Of a DNA stretch of 64,000 bases, positions 50,142-60,456 are shown piece by piece. Under the pieces are notes generated by a model. That model had not been told where the DNA came from. It searched no databases and worked only from the letters and a program-made list of their open reading frames with translations. A program made the translations under genes and the position numbers. Each line of letters begins with the position of its first letter. Position 1 is the stretch's first letter. The DNA is from a virus, in the IMG/VR virus record IMGVR_UViG_3300044941_000276, positions 1 to 64,000 of that record; one strand, 5' to 3'.

Positions 50142-51946
50142 TATTTTTTAAATCCTTTTAAAGTCTTTGCCAAATTACAACGTTGTTTACTCTTAGTTGA
50201 AAGATTAGATTGCGCACAATATTCTGATATACTCATACCAGCACGTTTAGCCGATGCTGTTAAAGCACCAGGTTTCTTGATTGCATTTTTAATCCAGCCA
50301 CCTTTTTTGAAAGACAATGGTTTCTTTTTTTTATTTTCTTGTGCTTGTTTATGTAATCCCAATCCTAATGTTGCTCCGACAACTGCTTTATGAATATTAG
50401 GATCATCCCAGTTCCATTTTGCAAGATGTTCACGAAATAGTGATTTTACATAATTTGGATAAAATGTTGCTATTTGAGGTTCTGCGTAGTTCAAATCATT
50501 AACAACAACTTTCATATTATCATATCCTTTTTTTATAGAATCTTTAATAGATTTACTCATTGCTGTACTATTATATGGAGGAATAACATCTTTATTATTT
50601 GGTAGCAAAGATTCGTAATACTCTTGAACATTTCTTCTATTATTATTTTTAGTTAGTAATGGGAATATAGTAGGAGAAAATTTTCTATTTTTTGGAAATG
50701 CAAAACGACTATAATCTTTCGCAACTTTTTTAAAAGGTGTTGTGAATATAGCTGGTTCTGGTGCAGTTATATCAATGTTAAATTCGTCACCATCTAATCT
50801 TTCAACCCCTGTACCATGATACTCTAAATTATCAGTTGCTTCTTTTAAACCTTTTCTGGCTTGTTCGGTTTTAGTTGATAACCATAAACCATCAGCTATT
50901 TGTTGATCAGATAATTTTGGATTTATTTTTTGAAAATAAGTATTTGACTTTTCATCATAAATAGCGTTTCTTTTTTTCCAAAATGATTCGGCAGCTTCGC
51001 TTCTGAGATTATCTGATTGCAGTCCTTTACTAGAACTATAGTTGCTAATAATATTATTTAATCTATTATAAACTTCATTTGTAATTCCTTTTCTTTGATA
51101 TTCTGGTTTTAGATTTGCCATTTTTATTTGGGAGGCTCCTTGCCCAACAAAATATTCTCCAACTCTACTTCCGTTTTTATCTTTTAATATTATAGAAAAT
51201 TCACCGTCAGGTTGTTTTTTAATTTTTACTACAATGTCATCTTTAAAGTTAGAAAATTCTTTTATTAAATCTTCTTCTATATTATTTGTTGCAACGCTGT
51301 TATTAAAATCTTTATAATATTTTCTTGCTCCTGGTACTTCTTCCAATATTTGTTTGTACAGATTACTTTCTCTATTGACTTTTATTCCTTGTTCTTCTGC
51401 CTGTTTTATTATATCTAAAAACATTTCGGTGCTATTACGGTATTCTTTTATTACTGGTTTAAACACTTTTGCAGCATCACCAGCAATACCTAACACAGGC
51501 AATATTGCAGCAATAGATATTGGACTAACTGTTCCTTTTGATTTATATTCATTCCAAACATCATAAAGTCCTTTTATATCTCCAATACCAGGTATAAAAT
51601 CAATACCTCCTGTTATAGTTTTACTCAGCCCTCGAGCATTGGTTGCTTCTTGTTTATTAGAATACCCTGTGTATCTTCTAACTGGTTTTCCATAACCAAA
51701 TCCCCCATCATTTGTTGTTTGAGCAGTGGGTATAAAGCTACTCTTGATTTCCACCTCTGGTAAAGTAGCTCCTTCGTATATACCATACTTATATTTTAAT
51801 TCTTTTGCTTTTTCAGGATTCTTTTCTTGATATGATTTCCACATCAATCTGCCTTGATTTGTACTTAAATCAAAAGGAAAACCTCTATCATATCCTACTA
51901 TTTTTTTAGGACTAGGAATATTATTGCCTTTTTGAAATCGTAACAT
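50141..51946 (-). CDS. Multidomain effector-like protein: pre-toxin TG-like, GNAT-like, ADP-ribosyltransferase-like, basic tail (601 aa)
   Basis: IDFIPGIGDIKGLYD...IAAILPVLG (PT-TG-like); LKPEYQRKGIT...AAESFWKK (GNAT motif A); EYHGT...IFTTP...VAKDYS...GYDN...FYPNYVKS (polyvalent-protein ART-like); FKKGGWIKNAIKKPGAL tail. Confidence 0.65.
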   Translation of the reverse strand: MLRFQKGNNIPSPKKIVGYDRGFPFDLSTNQGRLMWKSYQEKNPEKAKELKYKYGIYEGATLPEVEIKSSFIPTAQTTNDGGFGYGKPVRRYTGYSNKQEATNARGLSKTITGGIDFIPGIGDIKGLYDVWNEYKSKGTVSPISIAAILPVLGIAGDAAKVFKPVIKEYRNSTEMFLDIIKQAEEQGIKVNRESNLYKQILEEVPGARKYYKDFNNSVATNNIEEDLIKEFSNFKDDIVVKIKKQPDGEFSIILKDKNGSRVGEYFVGQGASQIKMANLKPEYQRKGITNEVYNRLNNIISNYSSSKGLQSDNLRSEAAESFWKKRNAIYDEKSNTYFQKINPKLSDQQIADGLWLSTKTEQARKGLKEATDNLEYHGTGVERLDGDEFNIDITAPEPAIFTTPFKKVAKDYSRFAFPKNRKFSPTIFPLLTKNNNRRNVQEYYESLLPNNKDVIPPYNSTAMSKSIKDSIKKGYDNMKVVVNDLNYAEPQIATFYPNYVKSLFREHLAKWNWDDPNIHKAVVGATLGLGLHKQAQENKKKKPLSFKKGGWIKNAIKKPGALTASAKRAGMSISEYCAQSNLSTKSKQRCNLAKTLKGFKK

Positions 51947-51951
51947 TTTAA

Positions 51952-52962
51952 TTATTTTTTACTTTTTTCCCATTGTTTAATAAAATCAGCTACTCTTTTA
52001 TCTATTGACATCACATAACTTCTAAGATTCATATTATCAGGCACGCTATATTTAAGTAGCATTTTTACTTTATTACTATAAGGTGTGTTTTCAGGTAAAT
52101 TTATTCTCTTTAAAACTAAATTAAATAGTTTTTTATTCATTGCGTAAAATACATCGGTGTCAAGCCCGTCTTTATCCTTAGTGCAACCACATTTTGATTT
52201 TGGTATCATAGCTCCCTTTTTAGCATAAGTTCCAAAAGCAGGATTAAGAGCTACTCTTTGCAATCGATTAGCCTCTGCCATAGCTTCAGCTTTCTTTTGA
52301 TTAAGTTGATTACTATAATCAAATCTATTCAAAGATGAAATGTTTGCAAGATTGATCTTTCTGTTATTTATATCATCTTGTATTCCATATATTTTTCCAA
52401 TAGGTGTACTTGCAAATATACTAGACGCTACATCTTTAGCGCTATGACCCTTGCCTATATTTTTTAAAGAATTAACAAAATCTTGTACATTACCAGCAAA
52501 AGATAAAGCATCGGCTTTATTTTTCTTTTTTAAACATTGACCTGTTGTAGGATCTATCATAGGCTCTCCTGTAATAGGATCAAGGACGCAATCATCTTTT
52601 GCAAGAGCTGTTTCTCCTATGCTAATAAGATTACCTACCGTTTCTCCTACCATTCCTCCAAGAGGTCCAAAAGCTGCGTTACCTGCTGTACTTAATATTT
52701 GTTTTCTAGTACCTTGAACGAAATGAGCGGTTGGATTATTTTTATTAAAATCGGGATCGATTTTATTTTGAGCTTTAACAGTCAAGATATTTGCTAAATC
52801 CGATCCCATGCTCATAGCATCTTGTTTCAATAAATTTTTACCAATATCTCCTTTATATTTTTCTAACCCGCCTAATCCACCGCTCATAAAATTTTCTAGA
52901 AAAGGTACAGATCCGATACCTGATTTTCCTTTTATATGTCTCTTTGTACGTTTTTTAAGCAT
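51952..52962 (-). CDS. Putative head cargo protein with glycine-zipper segment (336 aa)
   Basis: Directly after the muzzle gene; AGNAAFGPLGGMVGETVG; YAKKG motif. Confidence 0.55.
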   Translation of the reverse strand: MLKKRTKRHIKGKSGIGSVPFLENFMSGGLGGLEKYKGDIGKNLLKQDAMSMGSDLANILTVKAQNKIDPDFNKNNPTAHFVQGTRKQILSTAGNAAFGPLGGMVGETVGNLISIGETALAKDDCVLDPITGEPMIDPTTGQCLKKKNKADALSFAGNVQDFVNSLKNIGKGHSAKDVASSIFASTPIGKIYGIQDDINNRKINLANISSLNRFDYSNQLNQKKAEAMAEANRLQRVALNPAFGTYAKKGAMIPKSKCGCTKDKDGLDTDVFYAMNKKLFNLVLKRINLPENTPYSNKVKMLLKYSVPDNMNLRSYVMSIDKRVADFIKQWEKSKK

Positions 52963-55900
52963 CGCTTCTTCTCATTAATGTTAATATATTTTTAATATAC
53001 AAATATTGGTTAGTTTTATAAGTGATCCGTATTTTACAATATTTGTCTCTAATTCTTCTGTTTATAAAGTTAGATAATTTTCTTGTATCGCTCTCATCTT
53101 TTATTACTGTTATATACATGCGATCTTCTTTATATACAGCATCATAAGTAAATAAAGAATTGGCAGGATTTTGTAAAAAAGGTTTTGATCCATTATCTAC
53201 TACGTTTCTGGGACGTATTGTTTGTATATAAGTACCACTGTCAGTAGTATATTCTATGGTATGAGGATATATATGATTGCCAATTATAATAAGATTGTCT
53301 ATTATTACTTGTGTTTGAGCATCAAGAGATGCAACAAATTCAATTACTGTATCGTATTGATTACCATAATAATTGGAATGATCTTCTGACACATAATGTT
53401 GATATATCAGAGAGTCTTTGATACCATATATCTCATCTCTTATATTAAACATTATATCGGGATATATAGGTTTAAAACTTAACCACCTACCTATCGGCAT
53501 TTCATTATACAATAATGATTGCGATACACCATCAGCTAAAAACGAAAACCATATATTTTGTTTAAATGTATCGTAAGTAGCTCTTATTTGTGTGGTTTGA
53601 TATACATCGGGAACATCTATAAACTTTTCGCTTATTGATCTAAGATACTTTTGAACCCTAAGATCAGATATTAGTTCCAATTGATTTCCTCCTACTCTCC
53701 ATATTTTACTTCTATCAATATCTACCCCATATACAGTATTATCGCTAGCTACTACTGAAGCTTGCCAACGAGATCCATATCGTTCTGATAAATAATTAAT
53801 TGCTCCTTCTGGTGGAAGAACTCCAGCTGATTGAAAAAACACAGCGCCTGCGCTGTCTCCAGTTTGAGCAATGCGTTGATTTACAGGAATCATAGCTACC
53901 CCGTGAGAAAACACTACGATTAAACCTTGACCGTTATAAGGTCTTATAGCTACTATATCTCCTACGTGATTTGGATAATCTCTATAATTTAACCCAGAGA
54001 ATCTTCTATATCCATTATCAAATGATTTTGAAACAAATAACTCAGAATATTGTATACGTGTTGAAAAATCAGTTTGTATAAAAGGTATGCGATTTCCTAA
54101 TGATTTATATATGGTATCGCCTTTTACTCTATTATAACCAGTATTGTAATTATCTGATTCTAAAAATTGATATTGTCTCCAAGTATTTTTATTACCAGTC
54201 CATTCTATCTGTTCATATGGAGGGTTGGGTTTAGTATAATATGGAGCCCATTCTCTTATACCTTCTGCTACATCAAATATCTGTTGGTTTCTAATATTTA
54301 TGTTTACATTACTATCTGAAGCAAATGATATCGTAGGTCCCAATCTAACATATCGAGATAAGTTGCCATCGTTCACAAGAGGATCGAGTTGATTTTTATA
54401 TAATCTTCTAAAAGTAATCGATACAAAATTATCTCCATTGTAACCTTCTATTTTACCATTGGTAAGTACTTGACTACTAGCCGATCCTTGATTTTCAGAA
54501 ATCGATTGTTGATTCCAATATGTCCAATGAGTTATTGGCATATAATCCTCTGCTTCTGGAAGATGGGTATCGATAAGAGCTTTACCATCAACTGGACCAA
54601 ATCTTGGATATATATTAGCGTGGGCCGCTACTACTCTTCTTGTAGTTTTTACACTAGCTCCGAACATTTCATATTCTTCATTGGGTGTATCGCTTTTACT
54701 AGATATAAAAAATCCAGACTCAGCATTACCTACTCTTGATGAATAAAAACTGTTATTGTAACCATTAAAAGGAGATAATAAATTTTCATTACTAGTATCG
54801 ATTGTTACACCTACATAATCATTATATGATAAAGGATGATAGCTGTAAGCACCTGATCGATCTCTATTTCCAGTAGCAAACATGACTTTATTGAAAGCTT
54901 GAAATAAAGCTCTACCTGTGAATCTATTTTTAGTAACAGTCGACGAATCTTTATCTATAAACTCAAGCTCTGCACTCTTAATAGTGAGAGTGCGTGTGTT
55001 AGTCGATACCTCTTTATACAGACTAAACATTGAAGGTAATGGTTCAAAATCTCCTCTTGATATACCACTTTCAAAATCTTCAAAGCTATCCATGTTTCTA
55101 GAACCGGCTATATTAGGTTGCGTCACACTATATACAAATTGACTATTTTCATATACTAGCAAACCTTTATCTCTTCCACTTAATCTTTGAGAAAATATAC
55201 CTTTTTCCCCCATAAAATCAGGGCTGATAAAAGCATATCTTTTATTAATATACAATGGTATAGAAGCGTTTTGAGGATAAGCTGCATTATTAAGATCTCT
55301 TACATAATTATTATTATTCATTAAAAACTTTACAGCTTCTACCGAATAACTATATATCGTATCGGTTCTATTAATTTGTCTACCGTTATTTGATTGATTT
55401 GCTTTGTATATACCTGCCGATTCCAGTATGTATTCTGGTGCAGGTATAAACTTAGAATTTAATTCACTATATCCTCTTTTTGACTGATCGGGTATATTAT
55501 TATAAGTAGTTAATTCTCCACCTCCGTCTCCGTTTCCCATTTTTTTATAAGAAGTATCAACATAATCGTTTTCTGGTATAATAAAAGTGTTTATTATTAT
55601 ACCTGATGATATCGCATCGCGTTTTCTTTCTTTTGCTCTGTGAATACGAAAACCCACAGTGTTTTCCTTTATATAATCAGAGACTTCGGGAATGTTAAAT
55701 ATCGGATGGATTATCCCAACACTTCCATTTTCAAGAATCTTATTCAAATAACTTCTTAACGGAAATCGATATATACCTCTTACATTTTCGTAATTATTAC
55801 GTTCATCATAATCAATATCTCCGCTAAGATCAGACATATTATATGACGCATCGTTATATATATTATCGATACCTCTAATTGGAAATACAGGACTCAACGA

Positions 55901-57316
55901 ACCATTTTTAAACATATATTGTATACCAAACATATAGGGTTCTCCTGGCCAATATCCAAGCCTGTCATGTACATTTCTTGGATTGGCATAACCCGATGGA
56001 TAGCCATCAAATCCTGCTCCTGATGTTATGGGGTCATATATATCAGAGATCACATTGTCAAAAGTAGCACCCTTTACGCCCAATCGTTTTTGTGCATAAT
56101 CTATTGTAACTTTATTAGAAAATTTTTTAAGTTCGTTATAATCAAAACCTGCTGTTTTAATATTACCTACAAACAATCTACCTTGTAATTCTGCACCTGT
56201 ACGATAAGTCAAAATGTTAGACGTTGTTAGTGAGAGATTGTTTATATTAATTTGATTCGCTATTTCTGTACCTCTATGAGTATAAGATACTTCGGTTTTA
56301 CCATCTATTACTATTTCTTGTTGTACTTCAAATAATGATGGTTGAGGTTCTACATCTTGCCCCGATACATAAGTATAATATAACTTTAAAGCGTAATAAT
56401 CAGGATCTATATTATGAAATACTAGTTGATTAGCTTTTGTTGTTAATTCATTTGGTACACCGCCTCTAATATCAGCTACAGTATTTCCAAAAAATACAGG
56501 AATTGAAAACGATTGACATATCACATCAGTAAGATTACCATCTCTAGTGCTATATCGTATATAGTAAGTATATGTACCAACTGGCAATCTACCTGAGTTA
56601 TCTTGTCCTAAAAACTCTATCCATCCCAATCGGTTAGATGTAATAATATGATTAAGATTGGAGTCAAAATCAGAAGCTTCATATCGATTATCATCGGTTG
56701 CGCCAATGCGATTTACCATAACATATCGATTGTTAGGCATAACGGAAAACCCACTATTTATTAACCGAGGTTTATTGTAATTATCTGTGAATATAACATT
56801 AACTGACCCATCGTAGCTTGGTTGTATAGCTACTATCTCGCAATGGTTTGTTTCTTTAAAATTAAACAAGTCGGTATTAAAATCACCGTAACTTCCTATT
56901 TTATTATCTCCATCTTTATAATTTTTAAAAGGTTGATATCGATTGACCATTTCTCCCAATCGCGAACAATTATCGACATCATTTCCTCCAATACACGATT
57001 CGAGAGTATAATTATCATAATCTGGACTAGGATAACTACCTATCTCTCCTCTACCTGTAAACACACCATTGATACTCTCTGCTGAAATTATATAACATAC
57101 GTTACCGTATGTTTTCCAAGCAATAGGATGATAATTTTGTTTTAATTCCGATCGCAATAGAGTACCTTTTTCATTTTGAAGTATAAGCTCGTTTCCATTA
57201 TGAGAAACAAAAGTAACGTTCTCAGCATAAGTATATACGTTATCAGGGGTAGCATATATTGCGCTATCGGTAGTTAACCCATCGTTAAATACATTATTTT
57301 TTACTTCTTTTGACAT
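52955..57316 (-). CDS. Tail muzzle / tail stabilisation protein (1453 aa)
   Basis: NVFNDGLTTD...ENVTFVSHNGNELILQNEKG, FTDNYNKPRLIN, GYWPGEPYMFGI, RIRDKYCKIRITY: hallmark crAss stabilisation-protein segments; synteny. Confidence 0.8.
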   Translation of the reverse strand: MSKEVKNNVFNDGLTTDSAIYATPDNVYTYAENVTFVSHNGNELILQNEKGTLLRSELKQNYHPIAWKTYGNVCYIISAESINGVFTGRGEIGSYPSPDYDNYTLESCIGGNDVDNCSRLGEMVNRYQPFKNYKDGDNKIGSYGDFNTDLFNFKETNHCEIVAIQPSYDGSVNVIFTDNYNKPRLINSGFSVMPNNRYVMVNRIGATDDNRYEASDFDSNLNHIITSNRLGWIEFLGQDNSGRLPVGTYTYYIRYSTRDGNLTDVICQSFSIPVFFGNTVADIRGGVPNELTTKANQLVFHNIDPDYYALKLYYTYVSGQDVEPQPSLFEVQQEIVIDGKTEVSYTHRGTEIANQININNLSLTTSNILTYRTGAELQGRLFVGNIKTAGFDYNELKKFSNKVTIDYAQKRLGVKGATFDNVISDIYDPITSGAGFDGYPSGYANPRNVHDRLGYWPGEPYMFGIQYMFKNGSLSPVFPIRGIDNIYNDASYNMSDLSGDIDYDERNNYENVRGIYRFPLRSYLNKILENGSVGIIHPIFNIPEVSDYIKENTVGFRIHRAKERKRDAISSGIIINTFIIPENDYVDTSYKKMGNGDGGGELTTYNNIPDQSKRGYSELNSKFIPAPEYILESAGIYKANQSNNGRQINRTDTIYSYSVEAVKFLMNNNNYVRDLNNAAYPQNASIPLYINKRYAFISPDFMGEKGIFSQRLSGRDKGLLVYENSQFVYSVTQPNIAGSRNMDSFEDFESGISRGDFEPLPSMFSLYKEVSTNTRTLTIKSAELEFIDKDSSTVTKNRFTGRALFQAFNKVMFATGNRDRSGAYSYHPLSYNDYVGVTIDTSNENLLSPFNGYNNSFYSSRVGNAESGFFISSKSDTPNEEYEMFGASVKTTRRVVAAHANIYPRFGPVDGKALIDTHLPEAEDYMPITHWTYWNQQSISENQGSASSQVLTNGKIEGYNGDNFVSITFRRLYKNQLDPLVNDGNLSRYVRLGPTISFASDSNVNINIRNQQIFDVAEGIREWAPYYTKPNPPYEQIEWTGNKNTWRQYQFLESDNYNTGYNRVKGDTIYKSLGNRIPFIQTDFSTRIQYSELFVSKSFDNGYRRFSGLNYRDYPNHVGDIVAIRPYNGQGLIVVFSHGVAMIPVNQRIAQTGDSAGAVFFQSAGVLPPEGAINYLSERYGSRWQASVVASDNTVYGVDIDRSKIWRVGGNQLELISDLRVQKYLRSISEKFIDVPDVYQTTQIRATYDTFKQNIWFSFLADGVSQSLLYNEMPIGRWLSFKPIYPDIMFNIRDEIYGIKDSLIYQHYVSEDHSNYYGNQYDTVIEFVASLDAQTQVIIDNLIIIGNHIYPHTIEYTTDSGTYIQTIRPRNVVDNGSKPFLQNPANSLFTYDAVYKEDRMYITVIKDESDTRKLSNFINRRIRDKYCKIRITYKTNQYLYIKNILTLMRRSDA

Positions 57317-57611
57317 CTCGATATAATTTTTCTAATTTACTACTGTCAAGGTTTTCTCCTAAAACCGTTATAGGGGATTCTCTTAACTTTGTTAAAAAAT
57401 CCCACATTGTGGAACGAGGTACTAATAAAAAATCTTCTTTTAATCGAGTTCCTATTTTTACTATAATACGATAAACTATTGCAAAAGATATAACAGTATC
57501 TACTGCAAATATTAATATTTTTGCTTGTTTACGAGTCATTCCTGGATAATATCCCATCATTATATCGTAGTAATCACTAGGTCTTTTAAAAAATAGCGAC
57601 TTTTTTTTCAT
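57294..57611 (-). CDS. Small basic protein, possibly IHF/HU-like
   Basis: Basic 105-aa ORF at the position where crAss-like phages carry IHF-like genes; similarity not verifiable by eye. Confidence 0.35.
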   Translation of the reverse strand: MKKKSLFFKRPSDYYDIMMGYYPGMTRKQAKILIFAVDTVISFAIVYRIIVKIGTRLKEDFLLVPRSTMWDFLTKLRESPITVLGENLDSSKLEKLYRDVKRSKK

Positions 57612-58035
57612 CTATTGTTTTATCTAAACGGTCCATATATTCTTTTTTAAGTAATAATTCTGATCTGACATTACTTCTTATAAACAATATACAATACATC
57701 TTAAAATTTCTTTTAATTATATTACCTTTATAATAAGGCATAAGTCTTTTAGCTGTTTTTTCGTGTCTAGCAGCTATCCTGATTTGATATCCGTTACCTC
57801 TATATATTTTACCTTCATCTATTACGTCTTCTATAACATGACTCATGTATCGTCTAGCAAATTCGGAAAGAAATTCGCTATAAGTACTATACTTCCCCCA
57901 TTTTCTTATACCTATTTTGGCAGAAGTTAATATTTTTAATTTTAATTTTGAAAACAATTGTATAAAACTTATAGACCCCAAATCAAGCAGAGCTATAAAA
58001 GTTTTAGCTGATCGTATACGGTTTATAAGGTACAT
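57586..58035 (-). CDS. Basic protein, possibly IHF-like
   Basis: Synteny between ring genes and muzzle; exact start uncertain. Confidence 0.35.
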   Translation of the reverse strand: MYLINRIRSAKTFIALLDLGSISFIQLFSKLKLKILTSAKIGIRKWGKYSTYSEFLSEFARRYMSHVIEDVIDEGKIYRGNGYQIRIAARHEKTAKRLMPYYKGNIIKRNFKMYCILFIRSNVRSELLLKKEYMDRLDKTIDEKKVAIF

Positions 58036-58708
58036 TGAATCTTTTTCTATTAGATGATGATAATACGTCTAGATATTGATTCATAAAGTTTTGACTAAAT
58101 CCTTCACTTATATCTACTCGCGCTTGATTAACCGCCTTGTTTTTATCTTTTTCTACTAGTGGTAGTATACTCATAGCAAGTTGATTACCTTGATATAATT
58201 TTCTTCTAGTATCAATCCATTTCCACCAATAAGCACAAGCTTCAGCCTCCGATTCTGTGATCATCGGTAAACCTTCATCATCGTGTACAAAAGTTCTATA
58301 TATCACTTGAAGATTAGTATTAGGAGTGGATATTATATGATCTCCATAAAACTCATATCGATTATAAAATCCTCTACCGTGAAGGTTAGAACTATTTATC
58401 CACAAAGAATCCTCTATTCTATCAACAACTGTAGGTACAGTTACCGATTCTATTTTAAAAGCTCTGACAGGCAAACATAATTTACCCTGATTATCAGTTT
58501 TGCCGTTTATTGCTTCTATTCTAGGATACATATTACCTATTTGACGTAGACAATTTAATGCGTTGTCTAGATAATCATCTACCGAAGGATTATCGCCAAA
58601 TAGATAATTTATTTTAGTCATTCCCATATAAATAGAATGAAGATCATATGATGAGTTGTTTTCTACAACCATCATAGGTCTGCTATGGTTTGGAAAATTA
58701 TTACCCAT
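58004..58708 (-). CDS. Tail ring/tubular protein
   Basis: QIGN...LCLP...IESVT...DDEGLPMITESEAEACAY...SQNFMNQYLDVLSSSNRKRF matches the crAss ring-protein pattern. Confidence 0.65.
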   Translation of the reverse strand: MGNNFPNHSRPMMVVENNSSYDLHSIYMGMTKINYLFGDNPSVDDYLDNALNCLRQIGNMYPRIEAINGKTDNQGKLCLPVRAFKIESVTVPTVVDRIEDSLWINSSNLHGRGFYNRYEFYGDHIISTPNTNLQVIYRTFVHDDEGLPMITESEAEACAYWWKWIDTRRKLYQGNQLAMSILPLVEKDKNKAVNQARVDISEGFSQNFMNQYLDVLSSSNRKRFNVPYKPYTIS

Positions 58709-59373
58709 TAGATTTGACTATTTGCGTTATACTTACTAAATCTGTAATACCAATTTGCCCAATTACTTGTTATTTCATTTATTATCATATTAACCATCTC
58801 AGGAGATACTGGAAATCTGTCTGTTTCTGGATTTAACGGACAGCAACCATATCGATTTACCTCAAATGGGTTTTCTAAAATCATAGAAGCCGATATATAT
58901 TCAATATTAAAAGTTGGAGGGTTTATTAAAAATCCATGATTAACTCCGTCTTTTCTACGTAACCATACGTAGGGTCGATTTCTTAAAGCTTGATTCCTAT
59001 ACTGATGATAATTCCACATTTCATCAGTATATATTTTAAATTCAATAGTTCTATGAGGAGTTCCTATAAAATCAAGCTCTAGATAATTGGGTAATATAAA
59101 ATGAAGAGCTGTTTGCTTACTAGGATCACAACATAAACTTAACGATTCACAATCAAGAGGAATGCAATTTATTTCTTGCATCATACCAAATTTATTCAAT
59201 TGTCCGTTCAGTTTTTGTTTTTCGTATAACTCATTTCTTACAGCGATAACAGTATGTTCCAACTGTTCTATACTAAAAGGATAACCATTGCTGGTTTTCA
59301 TACCTGCTTCAAGGTTGTTTTGAACAGCCGATACAATTTTAGCTAATGTCCAAGTTCCTAAAAAATCACTCAT
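58708..59373 (-). CDS. Tail ring/tubular protein
   Basis: SIEQLEH...INCIPLDC...RPYVW...ILENP; synteny. Confidence 0.6.
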   Translation of the reverse strand: MSDFLGTWTLAKIVSAVQNNLEAGMKTSNGYPFSIEQLEHTVIAVRNELYEKQKLNGQLNKFGMMQEINCIPLDCESLSLCCDPSKQTALHFILPNYLELDFIGTPHRTIEFKIYTDEMWNYHQYRNQALRNRPYVWLRRKDGVNHGFLINPPTFNIEYISASMILENPFEVNRYGCCPLNPETDRFPVSPEMVNMIINEITSNWANWYYRFSKYNANSQI

Positions 59374-59402
59374 ATTTTTTTAATTTGCCAATAAATATAA
59401 AT

Positions 59403-59435
59403 AAAAAAGTCGCTCTTTATGGGAGCGACTTTTTT
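59403..59435 (-). terminator. Intrinsic terminator
   Basis: AAAAAAGTCGCTC-TTTATGG-GAGCGACTTTTTT downstream of the stop at 59450. Confidence 0.85.
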
Positions 59436-59449
59436 TAATTTAATTACTA

Positions 59450-60430
59450 TTAAGCGTTTGTCTTAAATTGTGCTACAGTAGCTGTATCTTTAACATATGT
59501 ACCAGAAACCACAGCGCTAAATTGTGTACCTGGAACTTGATTAAAGAAATCAGCAAGGTTATCGATCAATGGTTCACAAGAAGACTCCTTGATATACAAT
59601 ACCATAGTAGGACGATTGCTCAAACGAGATGATTTTGGATCAGGTCGGTTAGATACATCATATCCCCAATAGATTTCAGTATATAACTCGGTTTCATGAG
59701 GAATATCTGCAAAATCAAAACCATATGGTATATTGTTATTTCCTGTAACTTTTTCTCTAAATTCTACATCGCTACCATAACCAATACCTTCACTGCTATT
59801 TTGTATACGAGTAGGGTTAAAAATAGTTACATAATTACTAGGTGAACCGTTATCATTGGTTACACGGAAACTTTCAATATAGCTACCACGTTCCAGCAGT
59901 TCAATTTCTAACTCAGTTAATGTAGTAGCTACATCATTAGCACTGATAGTACCAGCAGTACCAGAACCAGGTGCAATAAATAAATCACGATTTTTATCGT
60001 TACGTAGCGTTACAATTGAGTTGTACAATTTTGCTAAGAAGGTGTTAGCTGTTTCGCCAGTAGATAACATCACTGAGAAGGTGAAAGTACGACCAAATTC
60101 GTATTCTGGACGAGCAAGAGCCAGTGCTCTACGGCTACTTCTTACTACCATCTCTACGTGAACATAGGTATTATTTGGAATAGGACCAGAGATAGTAATC
60201 TCTGAGGGCGTAGCGGCGGTTAACGACCACTTTTCAGTTGTTGGAAATTGACCGCGAGTTAGACGAGCACCAAAAATGTTACTTAAACGGAAACGACCGT
60301 AACCTTGTATATCAAGTTGAGTAGCTGTAGCAGCTGCAGTCACATTGTTGTTATTGTCTAAGAAACGGAAATTATATCTTGTTGGGCTGTTTATAATCCG
60401 GGTCTTATCTTCTAATCTAAATTCTGACAT
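59450..60430 (-). CDS. Auxiliary capsid (decoration) protein candidate (326 aa)
   Basis: Beta-rich, third gene after MCP, followed by a strong terminator, as in crAss gene order. Confidence 0.55.
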   Translation of the reverse strand: MSEFRLEDKTRIINSPTRYNFRFLDNNNNVTAAATATQLDIQGYGRFRLSNIFGARLTRGQFPTTEKWSLTAATPSEITISGPIPNNTYVHVEMVVRSSRRALALARPEYEFGRTFTFSVMLSTGETANTFLAKLYNSIVTLRNDKNRDLFIAPGSGTAGTISANDVATTLTELEIELLERGSYIESFRVTNDNGSPSNYVTIFNPTRIQNSSEGIGYGSDVEFREKVTGNNNIPYGFDFADIPHETELYTEIYWGYDVSNRPDPKSSRLSNRPTMVLYIKESSCEPLIDNLADFFNQVPGTQFSAVVSGTYVKDTATVAQFKTNA

Positions 60431-60456
60431 GGTTTTTTATATTTTTATTTAAACTA

